DNA of 64,000 nt from Candidatus Omnitrophota bacterium (lineage in GTDB: Bacteria; Omnitrophota; Gorgyraeia; Duberdicusellales; 4484-171), in contig JBAWWL010000001.1 of assembly GCA_037146775.1 (NCBI GenBank), forward strand, positions 133,464 to 197,463, read 5' to 3'. Position 1 is the stretch's first letter. The number at the start of each line of letters is the position of its first letter. Positions 9,440-19,544 of the stretch are shown piece by piece. Position numbers and translations under genes: made by a program. The notes beneath the pieces are model-generated. The model had not been told where the DNA came from, ran no database searches, and saw nothing but the letters and a program-made list of their open reading frames with translations.

Positions 9440-11353
9440 ATGATTACACTCCAGGGTATTTCAAAAAGTTATGGTGCGAGAATCCTTTTTAAGGATATAT
9501 CGTTAACTATCGGCCGCGGCGAAAAAGTTGCTCTTATCGGGCCTAACGGTGCGGGTAAGTCGACATTGTTTCATATCATACTGAATGACCTATCGCCATC
9601 CGACGGAACCATCCAAATGAACAAAAACCTGCGTATCGGTTATTTGCCGCAGGAATCCAGCTTCCAGTCCGATCGTACGGTTTTAGGGGAAATTATGGAG
9701 GGCGATCCTGCGATTATCAAATTAAAGAAAGAGAAGGATGAATTGGAGGCGCGTAATGAAACGGCGACGCGGCATTACGGCGATATCCAGCATAGGCTTG
9801 AGGCGTTAGGTTTTTTCGAGCTTGAATATAAAGGCAAGCAGGTATTAAGTGGCCTCGGTTTTAAAGAGAGAGATTTTGTCAGACCGATACAGCAAATGAG
9901 CGGTGGTTGGCAGATGCGAGTGCTTTTGGGCAAGCTTCTCACTTGCCATTACGACTTGCTTCTTTTGGATGAGCCCACTAACTATCTTGATTTGAATGCG
10001 GCTGTGTGGTTTAAGGATTATCTTGCGAATTACAAAGGTACTTTTGTGATGATTTCGCACGATAAGGTATTTTTAAATGAAGTGACAAACTACTCGTTGA
10101 TTTTAGAAAACGGCATGCTTGCGAAAATTAAAGGTAACTATGATGATTACGATAAATTGAGGCAGGAGCGTAAAGAGTATCTCTCGAGGCAGTTCAGACA
10201 GCAGGAAAAAACCGTAGAACAATACCAGCGTTTTATCGACCGTTTTCACGCACAGCCCAACAAGGCTTCTCAGGTACGCGCAAAAAAGAAGATGCTGGAG
10301 CGAATGGAAAAAGTAACGGTTCCCAGTGACCCCAGGGAGAGTATCCGTAAGTTTCATTTTCCTCTTACCACGGAAAGTGGGTATCGGGTTGTTGCGCTTG
10401 AAGCGGCGGCAAAGGCATACGGCGATATTCAGGTGTATCAAGGGTTGGATTTCGAAATTATTAAGGGAGAAAAGGCGGTATTAGCCGGCGAGAACGGTGC
10501 AGGTAAGTCAACCTTGCTAAAAATATTGGCCGGAGTGGTTTCTCTCGATAGTGGACAACTTAAACTGGGGCATAATGTTCAAACCGGCTATTTTTCTCAG
10601 ACGCGTACGGATGTATTATGCCCTGAACGCACGGTTATGGAAGAGGCTTTTTCTGTCGCCCAAGAACGCATGACCTCCGAAACATTGCGTACGATTCTGG
10701 CGGCCTTCCTATTCACCGGGGACGATATCGAAAAGAAGGTGAGTATTCTTTCTGGCGGAGAAAAAAGCCGTCTTATATTGGCGAAATTACTTATCAATCC
10801 CCCGAATTGTCTTCTTTTGGACGAACCGACGACACATCTTGACGTAGATGCGGTTGAGGCGCTCATTAAAGCTTTGCAGGAGTATAAAGGTACGGTTGTT
10901 TTTATCAGCCATGATATTTATTTTGTAAAATCTATCGCCAACAATGTTTTTGAAGTCAAAAATGGCCATGTTACCAAGTTTCCCGGAAACTTCGATTATT
11001 ATTTACACAAAAAAGCAAAAGACGAAATGAACCTTGGGGCTTCTCACACAACAACGCACGTCTCCGCACGCACAAAAAGTAATGTAGCGGCAGAAGCACC
11101 CAGCGTAGAAGGAATGGGCAGTGAAGAGCGGAACAAATTTCATAATGCCGCTATTTCCAAGCAAATAAAAAAATTACGCAAGCAAAAAGAAAAACTTGAA
11201 ACTGAGCGCTATGCAAAAAGCCGTATTACTTCAAATCCGCGCCACGGTGAGGAAATTATTCGTTATTATAGCGGTATTATCGAAGATCTAGACAAGCAAA
11301 TAAATGAGATAGAGGGACAGATAAGCGAACTTAAAAAGAAATTTATCGAATAA
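9440..11353 (+). CDS. ABC-F family ATPase (Uup/YheS-like, no TM domain) with C-terminal coiled coil
   Basis: Two ABC cassettes (GPNGAGKST, LSGGWQMRV; GENGAGKST, LSGGEKSRL) separated by a linker. Charged coiled-coil tail. Confidence 0.8.
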   Translation: MITLQGISKSYGARILFKDISLTIGRGEKVALIGPNGAGKSTLFHIILNDLSPSDGTIQMNKNLRIGYLPQESSFQSDRTVLGEIMEGDPAIIKLKKEKDELEARNETATRHYGDIQHRLEALGFFELEYKGKQVLSGLGFKERDFVRPIQQMSGGWQMRVLLGKLLTCHYDLLLLDEPTNYLDLNAAVWFKDYLANYKGTFVMISHDKVFLNEVTNYSLILENGMLAKIKGNYDDYDKLRQERKEYLSRQFRQQEKTVEQYQRFIDRFHAQPNKASQVRAKKKMLERMEKVTVPSDPRESIRKFHFPLTTESGYRVVALEAAAKAYGDIQVYQGLDFEIIKGEKAVLAGENGAGKSTLLKILAGVVSLDSGQLKLGHNVQTGYFSQTRTDVLCPERTVMEEAFSVAQERMTSETLRTILAAFLFTGDDIEKKVSILSGGEKSRLILAKLLINPPNCLLLDEPTTHLDVDAVEALIKALQEYKGTVVFISHDIYFVKSIANNVFEVKNGHVTKFPGNFDYYLHKKAKDEMNLGASHTTTHVSARTKSNVAAEAPSVEGMGSEERNKFHNAAISKQIKKLRKQKEKLETERYAKSRITSNPRHGEEIIRYYSGIIEDLDKQINEIEGQISELKKKFIE

Positions 11354-11372
11354 GTAACCCGGAGGTAATGGT

Positions 11373-12617
11373 ATGAATATGTATCTTGCGTTCATTCTCT
11401 TTATTCTTCTAGTTGAGTACGTACTTACTCTTATAGTTGAGGTGCTAAATGTAAAACACGCATCGCCGACATTGCCAGAAGAATTCGCTGGAGTTTATGA
11501 CGCAGGGAAATATAGTGAGTCCCAAAATTACCTAAAAGACACAACGCGTTTTTCTCTTATACGAGAAACAGTCGTTACCTTGGTTACGGTGAGCTTCATT
11601 TTGGCCGGAGGCTTTAACTTGGTCGATCAATTTGCCCGCCGGCTTGTCCATGGGCCTATTCCCACGGGTTTGATTTTTTCCGGCATACTGACTTTAGTTT
11701 CATACCTTTTGGGGCTTCCTTTTAGCGTATATCGCACGTTTGTGATAGAAGCTAAATATGGCTTTAATAAAACTACCGTAAAAACTTTTGTGAGCGATAT
11801 TATTAAGAGTTTGCTGCTGGGTGGGCTTATTGGCAGTATATTGATGACAGGTATCATCTGGTTTTTTCTAAGAGCAGGTAGTTTTGCTTGGGCTTATTGC
11901 TGGCTGGCCGTAATGGCATTCCAGTTATTTTTAGCATTCATTGCTCCGGTGGTAATTTTACCGCTTTTTAATAAATTTATTCCCCTGGAAGAGGGAGAGC
12001 TGAAAACTGCCATCGAGACATACGCTCGATCTCAGCGGTTTGCTTTACGGGGTATTTTTAAAATGGACGCTTCACGTCGTTCTACCAAATCAAACGCGTT
12101 TTTTGTCGGTTTCGGCAGGTTCAGAAGAATTGCCCTGTTCGATACGCTCATCCAGAAACACACGACTTCTGAACTCGTGTCGGTACTTGCTCATGAAATC
12201 GGTCATTATAAGAAAAAACATTTTATTAAAGCTTTGGCCCTGTCCTTTATAACGACGGGTCTCATGTTCTTTGTTCTCCAATTTTTTCTCAATAACCAAA
12301 AGCTGTTCGATGCTTTCAGAATGCAATATATCTCAATTTACGGCAGTATCGTATTCTTTAGTTTCCTTTACAGCCCCATCAATATGATTCTTGCGATCCT
12401 GCATAATATTATGTCGCGTCATCACGAATATGAAGCGGATGCTTTTACGATCTCTACCTATCAACAGCCCGAGGCCTTTATTTCGGCTCTTAAGAAGCTG
12501 AGTGTGGCTAATTTTTCTAATCTTACCCCTCATCCCTTGAAAGTGTTTCTTGACTATACCCACCCGCCAGTTTTAAAAAGGATAGAAGCAATTAGAGAAA
12601 AGAAAACAGATGTTTAA
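11373..12617 (+). CDS. M48 family zinc metalloprotease, Ste24/CAAX-protease-like, integral membrane
   Basis: Multiple TM helices followed by an HEIGH zinc motif (LAHEIGHYKKKH). ~414 aa as in Ste24-type enzymes. Confidence 0.7.
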   Translation: MNMYLAFILFILLVEYVLTLIVEVLNVKHASPTLPEEFAGVYDAGKYSESQNYLKDTTRFSLIRETVVTLVTVSFILAGGFNLVDQFARRLVHGPIPTGLIFSGILTLVSYLLGLPFSVYRTFVIEAKYGFNKTTVKTFVSDIIKSLLLGGLIGSILMTGIIWFFLRAGSFAWAYCWLAVMAFQLFLAFIAPVVILPLFNKFIPLEEGELKTAIETYARSQRFALRGIFKMDASRRSTKSNAFFVGFGRFRRIALFDTLIQKHTTSELVSVLAHEIGHYKKKHFIKALALSFITTGLMFFVLQFFLNNQKLFDAFRMQYISIYGSIVFFSFLYSPINMILAILHNIMSRHHEYEADAFTISTYQQPEAFISALKKLSVANFSNLTPHPLKVFLDYTHPPVLKRIEAIREKKTDV

Positions 12618-13182
12618 AAGAATACTGGTGCTTTCAGCCAGCCCAAAGAAAGACGGCAACACGGAAATCTTGGTTAAATGGTTTATCGAGGGTGCACACT
12701 CGAAAGGCGCAAGAGTTGAACTTGTCCGTACTGCTTTCCTAAAATATAAAACTATAGGCTGCACTTCTTGCCGGTCTTGCCAGAAATTGGCAGAATATAC
12801 ATGTGTTATCAACGATGAGGCTAAGCCGGTTTTAGCAAAAATGGCAAAAGTGGATGTGATAGTTATGGCCACACCGTTATATTTTTTCTCTGCCAGTACA
12901 CAATTAAAAATTATCTTTGACCGTATGTTCTCGCTTTATAAATGGGATAATGCCGCCGGGACGATGCAAACCGTCCTCAAAGGAAAAACACTAGTCTTAA
13001 TTGCCAGTGCCTTTGAAGACGTGGGGCTAGATGCGCTTAAAAAACCTTTTGCTTTAACTGCCGCTTACACCGGCATGAAACTCAAGTCTTTACTTATTCC
13101 TAATGCCGGTATATCCGGAGAGATAGCAAAGAATAAAGGTGTCCGCGAAAAAGCAGTAAAACTAGGAAAGAGCGTAGCGTAA
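12610..13182 (+). CDS. flavodoxin-like fold NAD(P)H-dependent FMN reductase / iron-sulfur flavoprotein family protein
   Basis: N-terminal LVLSASPKKDGNT flavin-binding loop and a Cys cluster CTSCRSC. Paralog of 25234..25815. Confidence 0.65.
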   Translation: MFKRILVLSASPKKDGNTEILVKWFIEGAHSKGARVELVRTAFLKYKTIGCTSCRSCQKLAEYTCVINDEAKPVLAKMAKVDVIVMATPLYFFSASTQLKIIFDRMFSLYKWDNAAGTMQTVLKGKTLVLIASAFEDVGLDALKKPFALTAAYTGMKLKSLLIPNAGISGEIAKNKGVREKAVKLGKSVA

Positions 13183-13300
13183 ATTATAATTCAGCATGCC
13201 GGGCCACATTTTCTTGACAAGCTTAAGTTTTGCGGTAAAATTAAAATACAATCAGGCAAAAGTCCCGCGTTTGAAGGACTAAATCCCGGACTATAATAAA

Positions 13301-13350
13301 GTAAAACCTTCGTAAGATAGAGTATGATCAAGCGAAGGTTTTTTCATTTT
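13301..13350 (+). terminator. hairpin repeat copy 1 (aaaaccttcg ... cgaaggtttt plus T-run), rho-independent terminator-like
   Basis: Perfect 10-bp arms with a ~20 nt loop, followed by a T-rich run. A near-identical copy lies 118 bp downstream. Confidence 0.5.
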
Positions 13351-13419
13351 ATAAAGTTGAGCTTCCTTAGCCTATACGATAAGGATGCGAAATCCTCCGT
13401 AGCCTCGGCAAAGGAGGAT

Positions 13420-13468
13420 AAAACCTTCGTAAGATCGCGTATGGTCAAGCGAAGGTTTTTCTATTTTT
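13420..13468 (+). terminator. hairpin repeat copy 2 (aaaaccttcg ... cgaaggtttt plus T-run)
   Basis: Same arms as copy 1; the loop differs at 3 positions. Lies immediately upstream of the radical SAM gene start. Confidence 0.5.
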
Positions 13469-13481
13469 ATAAGGCATTACA

Positions 13482-14621
13482 ATGATACTAATAAAGAAAA
13501 CCCCAGATATTACCGAAAAACTTAACATTTTGTCGCGCGATTCCCGCTATGACTTGGCTTGTGCCTGCGCGACGCGCGAAGATGAACACCGGAAGCGTTC
13601 AAAAGAAGACAAATGGATATACCCGGTAAGTTTACCTGCCGGCGGCACTACTTTTATTTTTAAAACTTTGCTTTCCAATGAATGTGTGAACAACTGCAAA
13701 TATTGTCCGCTAAGAGCAGGCATGGGGGCGAGGCATTGCTCGCTTAGTCCCGAAGAATTAAGCAAAACTTTCTTTTCCTATTATAAAGAGCGCCGGGTGA
13801 GCGGGCTTTTTCTAAGCAGTGGGGTTACCATTAGTCCCGATATCACCATGGAGCGCATTAACCGTGTAGCGCTGATTTTACGCAGAATGCAATTTAGAGG
13901 CTATATCCACTTAAAAATTATTCCCGGCTCGTCCGACGCGGCAATTCGACAAAGCCTTGCTTTAGCCAGTGCCGTATCTTTAAATATAGAAACTGCCGGC
14001 GAGGATAACTTTAAACATTTGAGCACCACAAAGAATTATCTTGGCGATATCATCCGGCCAATACAGCTGATCAGCCGGTTGACCGCCAGAGGTTCTGTAT
14101 ATAGCGGAGTTAAGCAAACTACTCAATTTGTGGTTGGCGCATCCAAGGAGACCGATAAAGAAATCGTTGATTATTCTTGGAAATTATATAAAGAATTACG
14201 TTTAAATCGCGTTTATTTTAGTGCTTACCAGCGTGGCGCAGGTTCCGAAGAGCTGCCCGGCGAACATTCTCAATATACCAACCATCAGTTGCTTACGCGT
14301 GAGCACCGCCTGTATCAGGCGGATTGGCTTATCCGTAAATACGGCTTTAAGGCGGAGGAAATTCCTTTTGAAGCCGGCGGTAATCTTTTTTTGGAAACGG
14401 ACCCCAAGGAAAGATGGGCGAAGTTTCATCCGGAATTTTTTCCTGTGAATATCAACAAAGCCGATATATATAGTCTTTTGCGTGTTCCCGGCATAGGCCA
14501 GATAATGGCTGAGCGAATATTTAATTTTCGTAAAAACGGCGTAAAAATCCACGCCTTAAGTGATTTGGGAAGGCTGACCAAAGTGTTAAGAAAAGCGGAA
14601 AAATACGTAATTTTTCAATAA
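13482..14621 (+). CDS. putative DNA modification/repair radical SAM protein with C-terminal helix-hairpin-helix
   Basis: CxxxCxxC (CKYCPLRAG) radical SAM core. C-terminal HhH motif LLRVPGIGQIMAERI, as in the TIGR03916-like family. Confidence 0.6.
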   Translation: MILIKKTPDITEKLNILSRDSRYDLACACATREDEHRKRSKEDKWIYPVSLPAGGTTFIFKTLLSNECVNNCKYCPLRAGMGARHCSLSPEELSKTFFSYYKERRVSGLFLSSGVTISPDITMERINRVALILRRMQFRGYIHLKIIPGSSDAAIRQSLALASAVSLNIETAGEDNFKHLSTTKNYLGDIIRPIQLISRLTARGSVYSGVKQTTQFVVGASKETDKEIVDYSWKLYKELRLNRVYFSAYQRGAGSEELPGEHSQYTNHQLLTREHRLYQADWLIRKYGFKAEEIPFEAGGNLFLETDPKERWAKFHPEFFPVNINKADIYSLLRVPGIGQIMAERIFNFRKNGVKIHALSDLGRLTKVLRKAEKYVIFQ

Positions 14622-14667
14622 GTATAGCATTGTTTGCGCGTGTAGTATATCCGCACGCTTCAAAACC

Positions 14668-14700
14668 GTATCCCACCCCCGGGGTGGGCTTTGGGTTGAG
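14668..14700. repeat. REP-like palindrome (cccacccccggggtgggctttggg), left of RAYT gene
   Basis: GC-rich perfect palindrome cccaccccc|ggggtggg followed by ctttggg. Matches the downstream copy. Confidence 0.6.
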
Positions 14701-14720
14701 AAGAGAACGCGATTTGCATT

Positions 14721-15374
14721 ATGCGAAGAAATTTATTAGTTGTTGATAGCGTTTATCATGTATTTACCCGTAGTATCGCGGAGTTTAGGATATTTAACAA
14801 TGAAAATGAGTTCCTAAGAATGCTAGAGGCGATTCGCTATTATCAGCGAGAAAAACCTGAAATAAAATTTTCTAAATTTATACATTTGGAAGAAGGATCA
14901 CAACGTAACAAAAAAGAATCTTTTTCCGGCAAAGAAAAACTGATTGAAATAATAGCCTATTGTCTTATGCCCACGCATGTGCATTTAATCTTGAGACAAT
15001 TAAAAGAAAACGGTATATCGGTATTTATGGGCAATATTTTGAATAGTTACTCAAAGTATTTCAATACTAAGCACAAGAGGAAAGGGCCGTTGTGGGAAAC
15101 GCGTTTTAAGAGCGTTTTGGTGGAGTCCGACGAATATCTAATCCATTTAACCCGCTACATTCATTTAAATCCTACTACCGCTATGCTTATAGATAGGCCA
15201 GAAAATTGGAAATTTTCTTCATATCAAGAGTATCTGTCGCAAGCGAATGAAGATAAAATGTGTCGATATGATGATCTGCTGAATATAATTCCTCATTCTT
15301 ACAAGGAGTTTGTGGAAGACAGGATTGCATATCAGCAAGAATTGGAAAAAATTAGAAACTTTTTGCTTGAATAA
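14721..15374 (+). mobile_element. REP-associated tyrosine transposase (RAYT; IS200/IS605 Y1 transposase-like)
   Basis: N-terminal YHVFTR and HuH motif HVHLI (AYCLMPTHVHLILRQ) characteristic of the Y1_Tnp/TnpA_REP family. Flanked by matching palindromes. Confidence 0.65.
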
Positions 15375-15410
15375 CCAAAGCCCACCCCCGGGGTGGGCTT
15401 TGGGTGGGTC
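15375..15410. repeat. REP-like palindrome (ccaaagcccaccccc|gggggtgggctttgg), right of RAYT gene
   Basis: Perfect 15-bp-arm palindrome starting directly after the RAYT stop codon. Confidence 0.6.
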
Positions 15411-15518
15411 TGCGATAAAGCTATTGCGGATGATTTTTATTTAGGTATAATCGTAATACATGAATAGTAAGCAAGGAAAAACGGTTCAGCGGGCGCCAAA
15501 AATCCTATAGGGAGGCAT

Positions 15519-15911
15519 ATGAAGAAAATATTTTTTGTGTTGCTACTTACTTTGTGTATTGGTTGCAGTGGCGTTCAGATACGTCGCGTATTTTTTGGTT
15601 TATCAAAAAACGACGCGCAAACCATTGATTCTAAAATCAGCCAAATAGTCACGATCGCTCCGGGCGATTGCTATAACAGCATTTTGGATATTTTTAAACA
15701 GATGGGGGTTTGTGTCTTGAAACAGGATGAAAAGAATCGTTTTATTGTCGGGAGTAATTTTAAAAATGAGCCGCCCACCACCGCTTCAACCGAAGTGGGT
15801 ATATTGATTGAAGAAATTGAGGCTGGAAAGTGCAAGGTAAGTGTGTTTAGCGAAAGTCGGACTTTAGCTGAATATGCTGCAAAAAATATTTTTGAAAAAT
15901 TAAAAAAATAA
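15519..15911 (+). CDS. hypothetical lipoprotein
   Basis: Signal peptide with lipobox LCIGCSG. 130 aa, no recognised domain. Confidence 0.45.
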   Translation: MKKIFFVLLLTLCIGCSGVQIRRVFFGLSKNDAQTIDSKISQIVTIAPGDCYNSILDIFKQMGVCVLKQDEKNRFIVGSNFKNEPPTTASTEVGILIEEIEAGKCKVSVFSESRTLAEYAAKNIFEKLKK

Positions 15912-16165
15912 TAAATCCAAACGCCGCCTGTCTCATCCGCTCAAGCATTTATCTAGATATGTTCCCGTCCACTTGCCAAGGTTGCACTGGTATGCATATC
16001 AAAAGGTCGGGAATCGGCTGTTAACGGTTGATAATCGAGTATTTACAGCTATAAAAATAATAGTTGCTTTATTTGTTTTTTTTATTATAATAGCTTTTCT
16101 TTAAGGTGGTATATTTTGAGGCTGCCAAAAGCAACCCGCCCCGGTAGGTTTTACTTAAAACCAGT

Positions 16166-16225
16166 AAAAACTTAGGCATAACGGGAAAAAGCTAAGGCTA
16201 ATACGAAAAAGGCTGAGGCTCGGGT
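16166..16225. repeat. three tandem ~20 bp repeats (aaaaaNcttaggcNNNacgg-like) upstream of the EF-G paralog
   Basis: aaaaacttaggcataacggg / aaaaagctaaggctaatacg / aaaaaggctgaggctcgggt in direct succession. Also an inverted ttacttaa/ttaagtaa pair bracketing the region. Confidence 0.5.
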
Positions 16226-16287
16226 CAAGATTTAAGATTGCAAGATATTACTTAACTCTGGCTTATATTAAGTAAGGAGAAAGAAGA

Positions 16288-18390
16288 ATGCCTCGCTTAG
16301 TAGCATTGGAAAAACAAAGAAATATAGGGATCATGGCGCACATTGATGCCGGGAAGACTACGCTTACCGAGAGGATCCTTTTCTATACCGGCCGTTCGCA
16401 TAAGCTGGGAGAGGTCCACGATGGTGAGGCAACCATGGATTGGATGAAGCAGGAGCGCGAACGAGGTATTACTATCACCGCCGCAGCCACTACGTGTTCT
16501 TGGAATGATTGCCGGATTAATGTTATTGATACTCCGGGCCACGTTGATTTTACGGTAGAAGTTGAAAGAAGTTTGCGGATTCTCGACGGTGCTATCGCAG
16601 TTTTTTGTGCGGTAGGCGGGGTAGAGCCGCAGTCCGAAGCAGTGTGGCGGCAATCAGAAAAATATAATGTGCCTAAAATTGCCTTTGTTAATAAAATGGA
16701 CCGCGTAGGAGCGGATTTCTTCGATGTGTTAAAAGCAATAGAAAGAGATTTAGGCGCTAATGCTATACCTATGCAGATTCCCGTGGGGGCGGAAGATAAT
16801 TTCCGCGGAATTGTTGATCTCTTGGAAATGAAGGCCTATATTTTTAGCGAAGAAGCCTCTGTTTTGAACGGCTTTAGCGTTGAAGAGATTCCTCAGGAAT
16901 TATTAGAAATTTCGCAGAAGTATCATCATGTTATGGTCGAGAAGGCGGTTGAGTTGGAAGACAGCCTTATGGAAAAATATTTGGAATCGGAAACAAAGAT
17001 TACCCGCGAAGAACTTATCCGTGCCATCCGTAAGGGGACTATCGCGAATAAAGTTGTTCCCGTATTGTGCGGTTCTGCTTTTAAAAATAAAGGCGTACGT
17101 AGACTTCTTGACGCCGTTACCTTATACTTACCTTCTCCGCAAGACCTTCCCGCAGTTAAGGGAACAGAGTTTTCTGATTCGCAGAAAACAATTGAAAGAA
17201 AAGCTGACGATAACGAATTTTTTTCCGCTTTGGCTTTTAAAGTCCAGGCAGACCCGCATATGGGCAAACTTGTGTATTTTCGGGTTTATTCAGGAAAGCT
17301 TAGTGCAGGTTCTTATATACTTAATGCCACCAAAGATAGGCGGGAGAGGATAAGTAGAATTTTGCAAATGCATGCGAACGAGAGAGAAAATAAAGAAGAT
17401 ATTTGTGCGGGTGATATTGGAGCTGCCATAGGCCTTGAGCATACGGTGACAGGCGATACTTTGTGTGATCCGGAACACCCTATTGTGCTGGAAGCGATCG
17501 AATTTCCTTCACCGGTAGTTTCTATCAGCGTTAAGCCGGGTAGTCGCGCGGAGCAAGACAAACTCAGTAAAGGCCTTATGAAGCTTTCCGAAGAAGACCC
17601 GACTTTTACCGTACATGTTGACGAAGAAACCGAAGAAACGATTCTTTCCGGAATGGGAGAATTGCATTTAGAAATTATTGTGGACAGGTTAAAGCATGAA
17701 TTTAGTGTCGAGGCGATTGTGGGTAAACCCAGGGTAGCCTATAAAGAAACAATATTGGTTAACGCGGAAGCTAACTATAAACACATAAAACAAACCGGCG
17801 GTCGCGGCCAGTACGGGCATGTAAAACTTGAGATTTTTCCTACCCAACCCGGACAAGGTTTTGAATTTGAGAATAATATTTTCGGCGGCGCTATCCCCAA
17901 GGAATACATTCCCGCAATAGAAAAAGGCGTCATTTCAGCTTTACAGAAAGGAGCATTAGCCGGTTATCCCGTGGTTGACATAAAGGTAAGCCTTGTGGAT
18001 GGTTCTTATCATGACGTTGATTCTTCGGAAATAGCTTTTAAGATCGCCGCTATCGAGTGTTTCAAGGAGGCGTTCAGAAAAGCCAGCCCCATATTGCTTG
18101 AGCCCTACATGTCTTTAGAGGTGGTTACGCCGGAAGAATATGTGGGTAACGTAGTGGGGAATATCTGCGCACGCAGAGGAAAAGTGTTAGGCATAGAAGC
18201 TAAGCCAAGCCAGCAAATAATTTCCGCGGAAGCTCCTCTTTCGGAAATGTTCGGGTATGCTACGACTTTACGTTCTTTATCTAGCGGCCGAGCTACTTAC
18301 TCCATGCATTTTGAAAAATATATGGAAGTCCCTGCCGCGATTTCCGAAAAAGTTATCGAAGAGACGAAAGAGCGAGAGGCCAATAAATAG
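16288..18390 (+). CDS. elongation factor G family GTPase (stand-alone paralog, not in an rpsL-rpsG-fusA context)
   Basis: G1 AHIDAGKTT and DTPGHVDF motifs, full-length 700 aa with EF-G domains II-V. AAGGAG RBS 8 nt upstream. Confidence 0.85.
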   Translation: MPRLVALEKQRNIGIMAHIDAGKTTLTERILFYTGRSHKLGEVHDGEATMDWMKQERERGITITAAATTCSWNDCRINVIDTPGHVDFTVEVERSLRILDGAIAVFCAVGGVEPQSEAVWRQSEKYNVPKIAFVNKMDRVGADFFDVLKAIERDLGANAIPMQIPVGAEDNFRGIVDLLEMKAYIFSEEASVLNGFSVEEIPQELLEISQKYHHVMVEKAVELEDSLMEKYLESETKITREELIRAIRKGTIANKVVPVLCGSAFKNKGVRRLLDAVTLYLPSPQDLPAVKGTEFSDSQKTIERKADDNEFFSALAFKVQADPHMGKLVYFRVYSGKLSAGSYILNATKDRRERISRILQMHANERENKEDICAGDIGAAIGLEHTVTGDTLCDPEHPIVLEAIEFPSPVVSISVKPGSRAEQDKLSKGLMKLSEEDPTFTVHVDEETEETILSGMGELHLEIIVDRLKHEFSVEAIVGKPRVAYKETILVNAEANYKHIKQTGGRGQYGHVKLEIFPTQPGQGFEFENNIFGGAIPKEYIPAIEKGVISALQKGALAGYPVVDIKVSLVDGSYHDVDSSEIAFKIAAIECFKEAFRKASPILLEPYMSLEVVTPEEYVGNVVGNICARRGKVLGIEAKPSQQIISAEAPLSEMFGYATTLRSLSSGRATYSMHFEKYMEVPAAISEKVIEETKEREANK

Positions 18391-18501
18391 CGTAAAACCG
18401 GCCAGATCTTTACATACACACCGCACATTTTTTTCATATTCCTGCCTTTTCAACTTTTAAAATTTTCCTTTTTTCTGGCTAATCTTTGATACAATATCCT
18501 T

Positions 18502-19437
18502 ATGTATCCGTGGGATTTATTTTCTCTTTTTATTTTTTTGCTCCTGACGGCGCTGGTATATATAAGCGAAATACGCTTACTGGGGTGGTTTATCTTTTGT
18601 TGCCTTACCCGTCGATGTCGCAAACCGATATTATTCAGCAAGAGAAAAAACATTTTGCACGCAGTAGCCTTTTTGGGCATATTGTGTTTTCTCTATGGCT
18701 ATTTCATTGAACCATATTGGCTCAAAACCAATACTTACCGCATTTCTACTCATAAGCTAAAAAATACTAAAATAAGGATAGTGCATCTTTCAGATATTCA
18801 TTGCGACCAAAAAATAAGAAATGAAAAAAGGGTAGTTGAATTAGTAAACATGTTGAAACCGGATATTATAGTATTTACCGGTGATACTTTGAATACGGAG
18901 CAAGCTTTGCCGGCTTTTAGAAACATGATGTCCGGCCTTAAGGCTTCTATGGCAAAAATTGCCGTACGCGGGAATTTTGATGTGTGGTGGTGGGAAAACT
19001 ATAAAGTCTTTGATCATACCGGTTTTAAGGTTTTGGATAATGAGTGCATACAGTATTTAAAAGAAGGAGAGAAGATATCTTTTATCGGCATACGCTTTGA
19101 TAGCGAAGAGCGATGGAAATACTTTTTGAAAGATCTGGGGGGAGGTTATCGCGTGCTACTTAGCCACACTCCGAATTTAGCGCAAGATGTAAGCGGTACC
19201 GATATTGATCTATATTTATGCGGCCATACTCACGGCGGCCAGGTTGCTTTACCGTTGTATGGCGCACTGATGACCCTTGCCAAGCACGGAAAAAAGTATG
19301 AGGCAGGCTTGTATCGGCTGTCGCAGACAGCGCTTTATGTGCATAGAGGAATAGGGATGGAAGCCGGTTGTGCGCCGCGTGTGCGTTTCTTTTCCCGTCC
19401 GGAAATTGCGGTATTCGACATAGAGCCGGAGCAATAA
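18502..19437 (+). CDS. membrane-anchored calcineurin-like metallophosphoesterase
   Basis: N-terminal TM segments, then HLSDIH, GD..N and GHTH metallophosphatase motifs. Confidence 0.6.
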   Translation: MYPWDLFSLFIFLLLTALVYISEIRLLGWFIFCCLTRRCRKPILFSKRKNILHAVAFLGILCFLYGYFIEPYWLKTNTYRISTHKLKNTKIRIVHLSDIHCDQKIRNEKRVVELVNMLKPDIIVFTGDTLNTEQALPAFRNMMSGLKASMAKIAVRGNFDVWWWENYKVFDHTGFKVLDNECIQYLKEGEKISFIGIRFDSEERWKYFLKDLGGGYRVLLSHTPNLAQDVSGTDIDLYLCGHTHGGQVALPLYGALMTLAKHGKKYEAGLYRLSQTALYVHRGIGMEAGCAPRVRFFSRPEIAVFDIEPEQ

Positions 19438-19544
19438 ACCGGGAAAGTGTCTATAACCTTTGGATCGGCAACAACACTGTATTTTAATTTGCTATTTGTG
19501 ATATAATTTTTTGCTAAAACAATAAAACAGACAACAAAGAAGAG

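Noticed and set aside
16926-17561. Several 60-140 aa ORFs on both strands inside the EF-G gene
   Set aside because: Internal to, or antisense of, a highly conserved EF-G reading frame.
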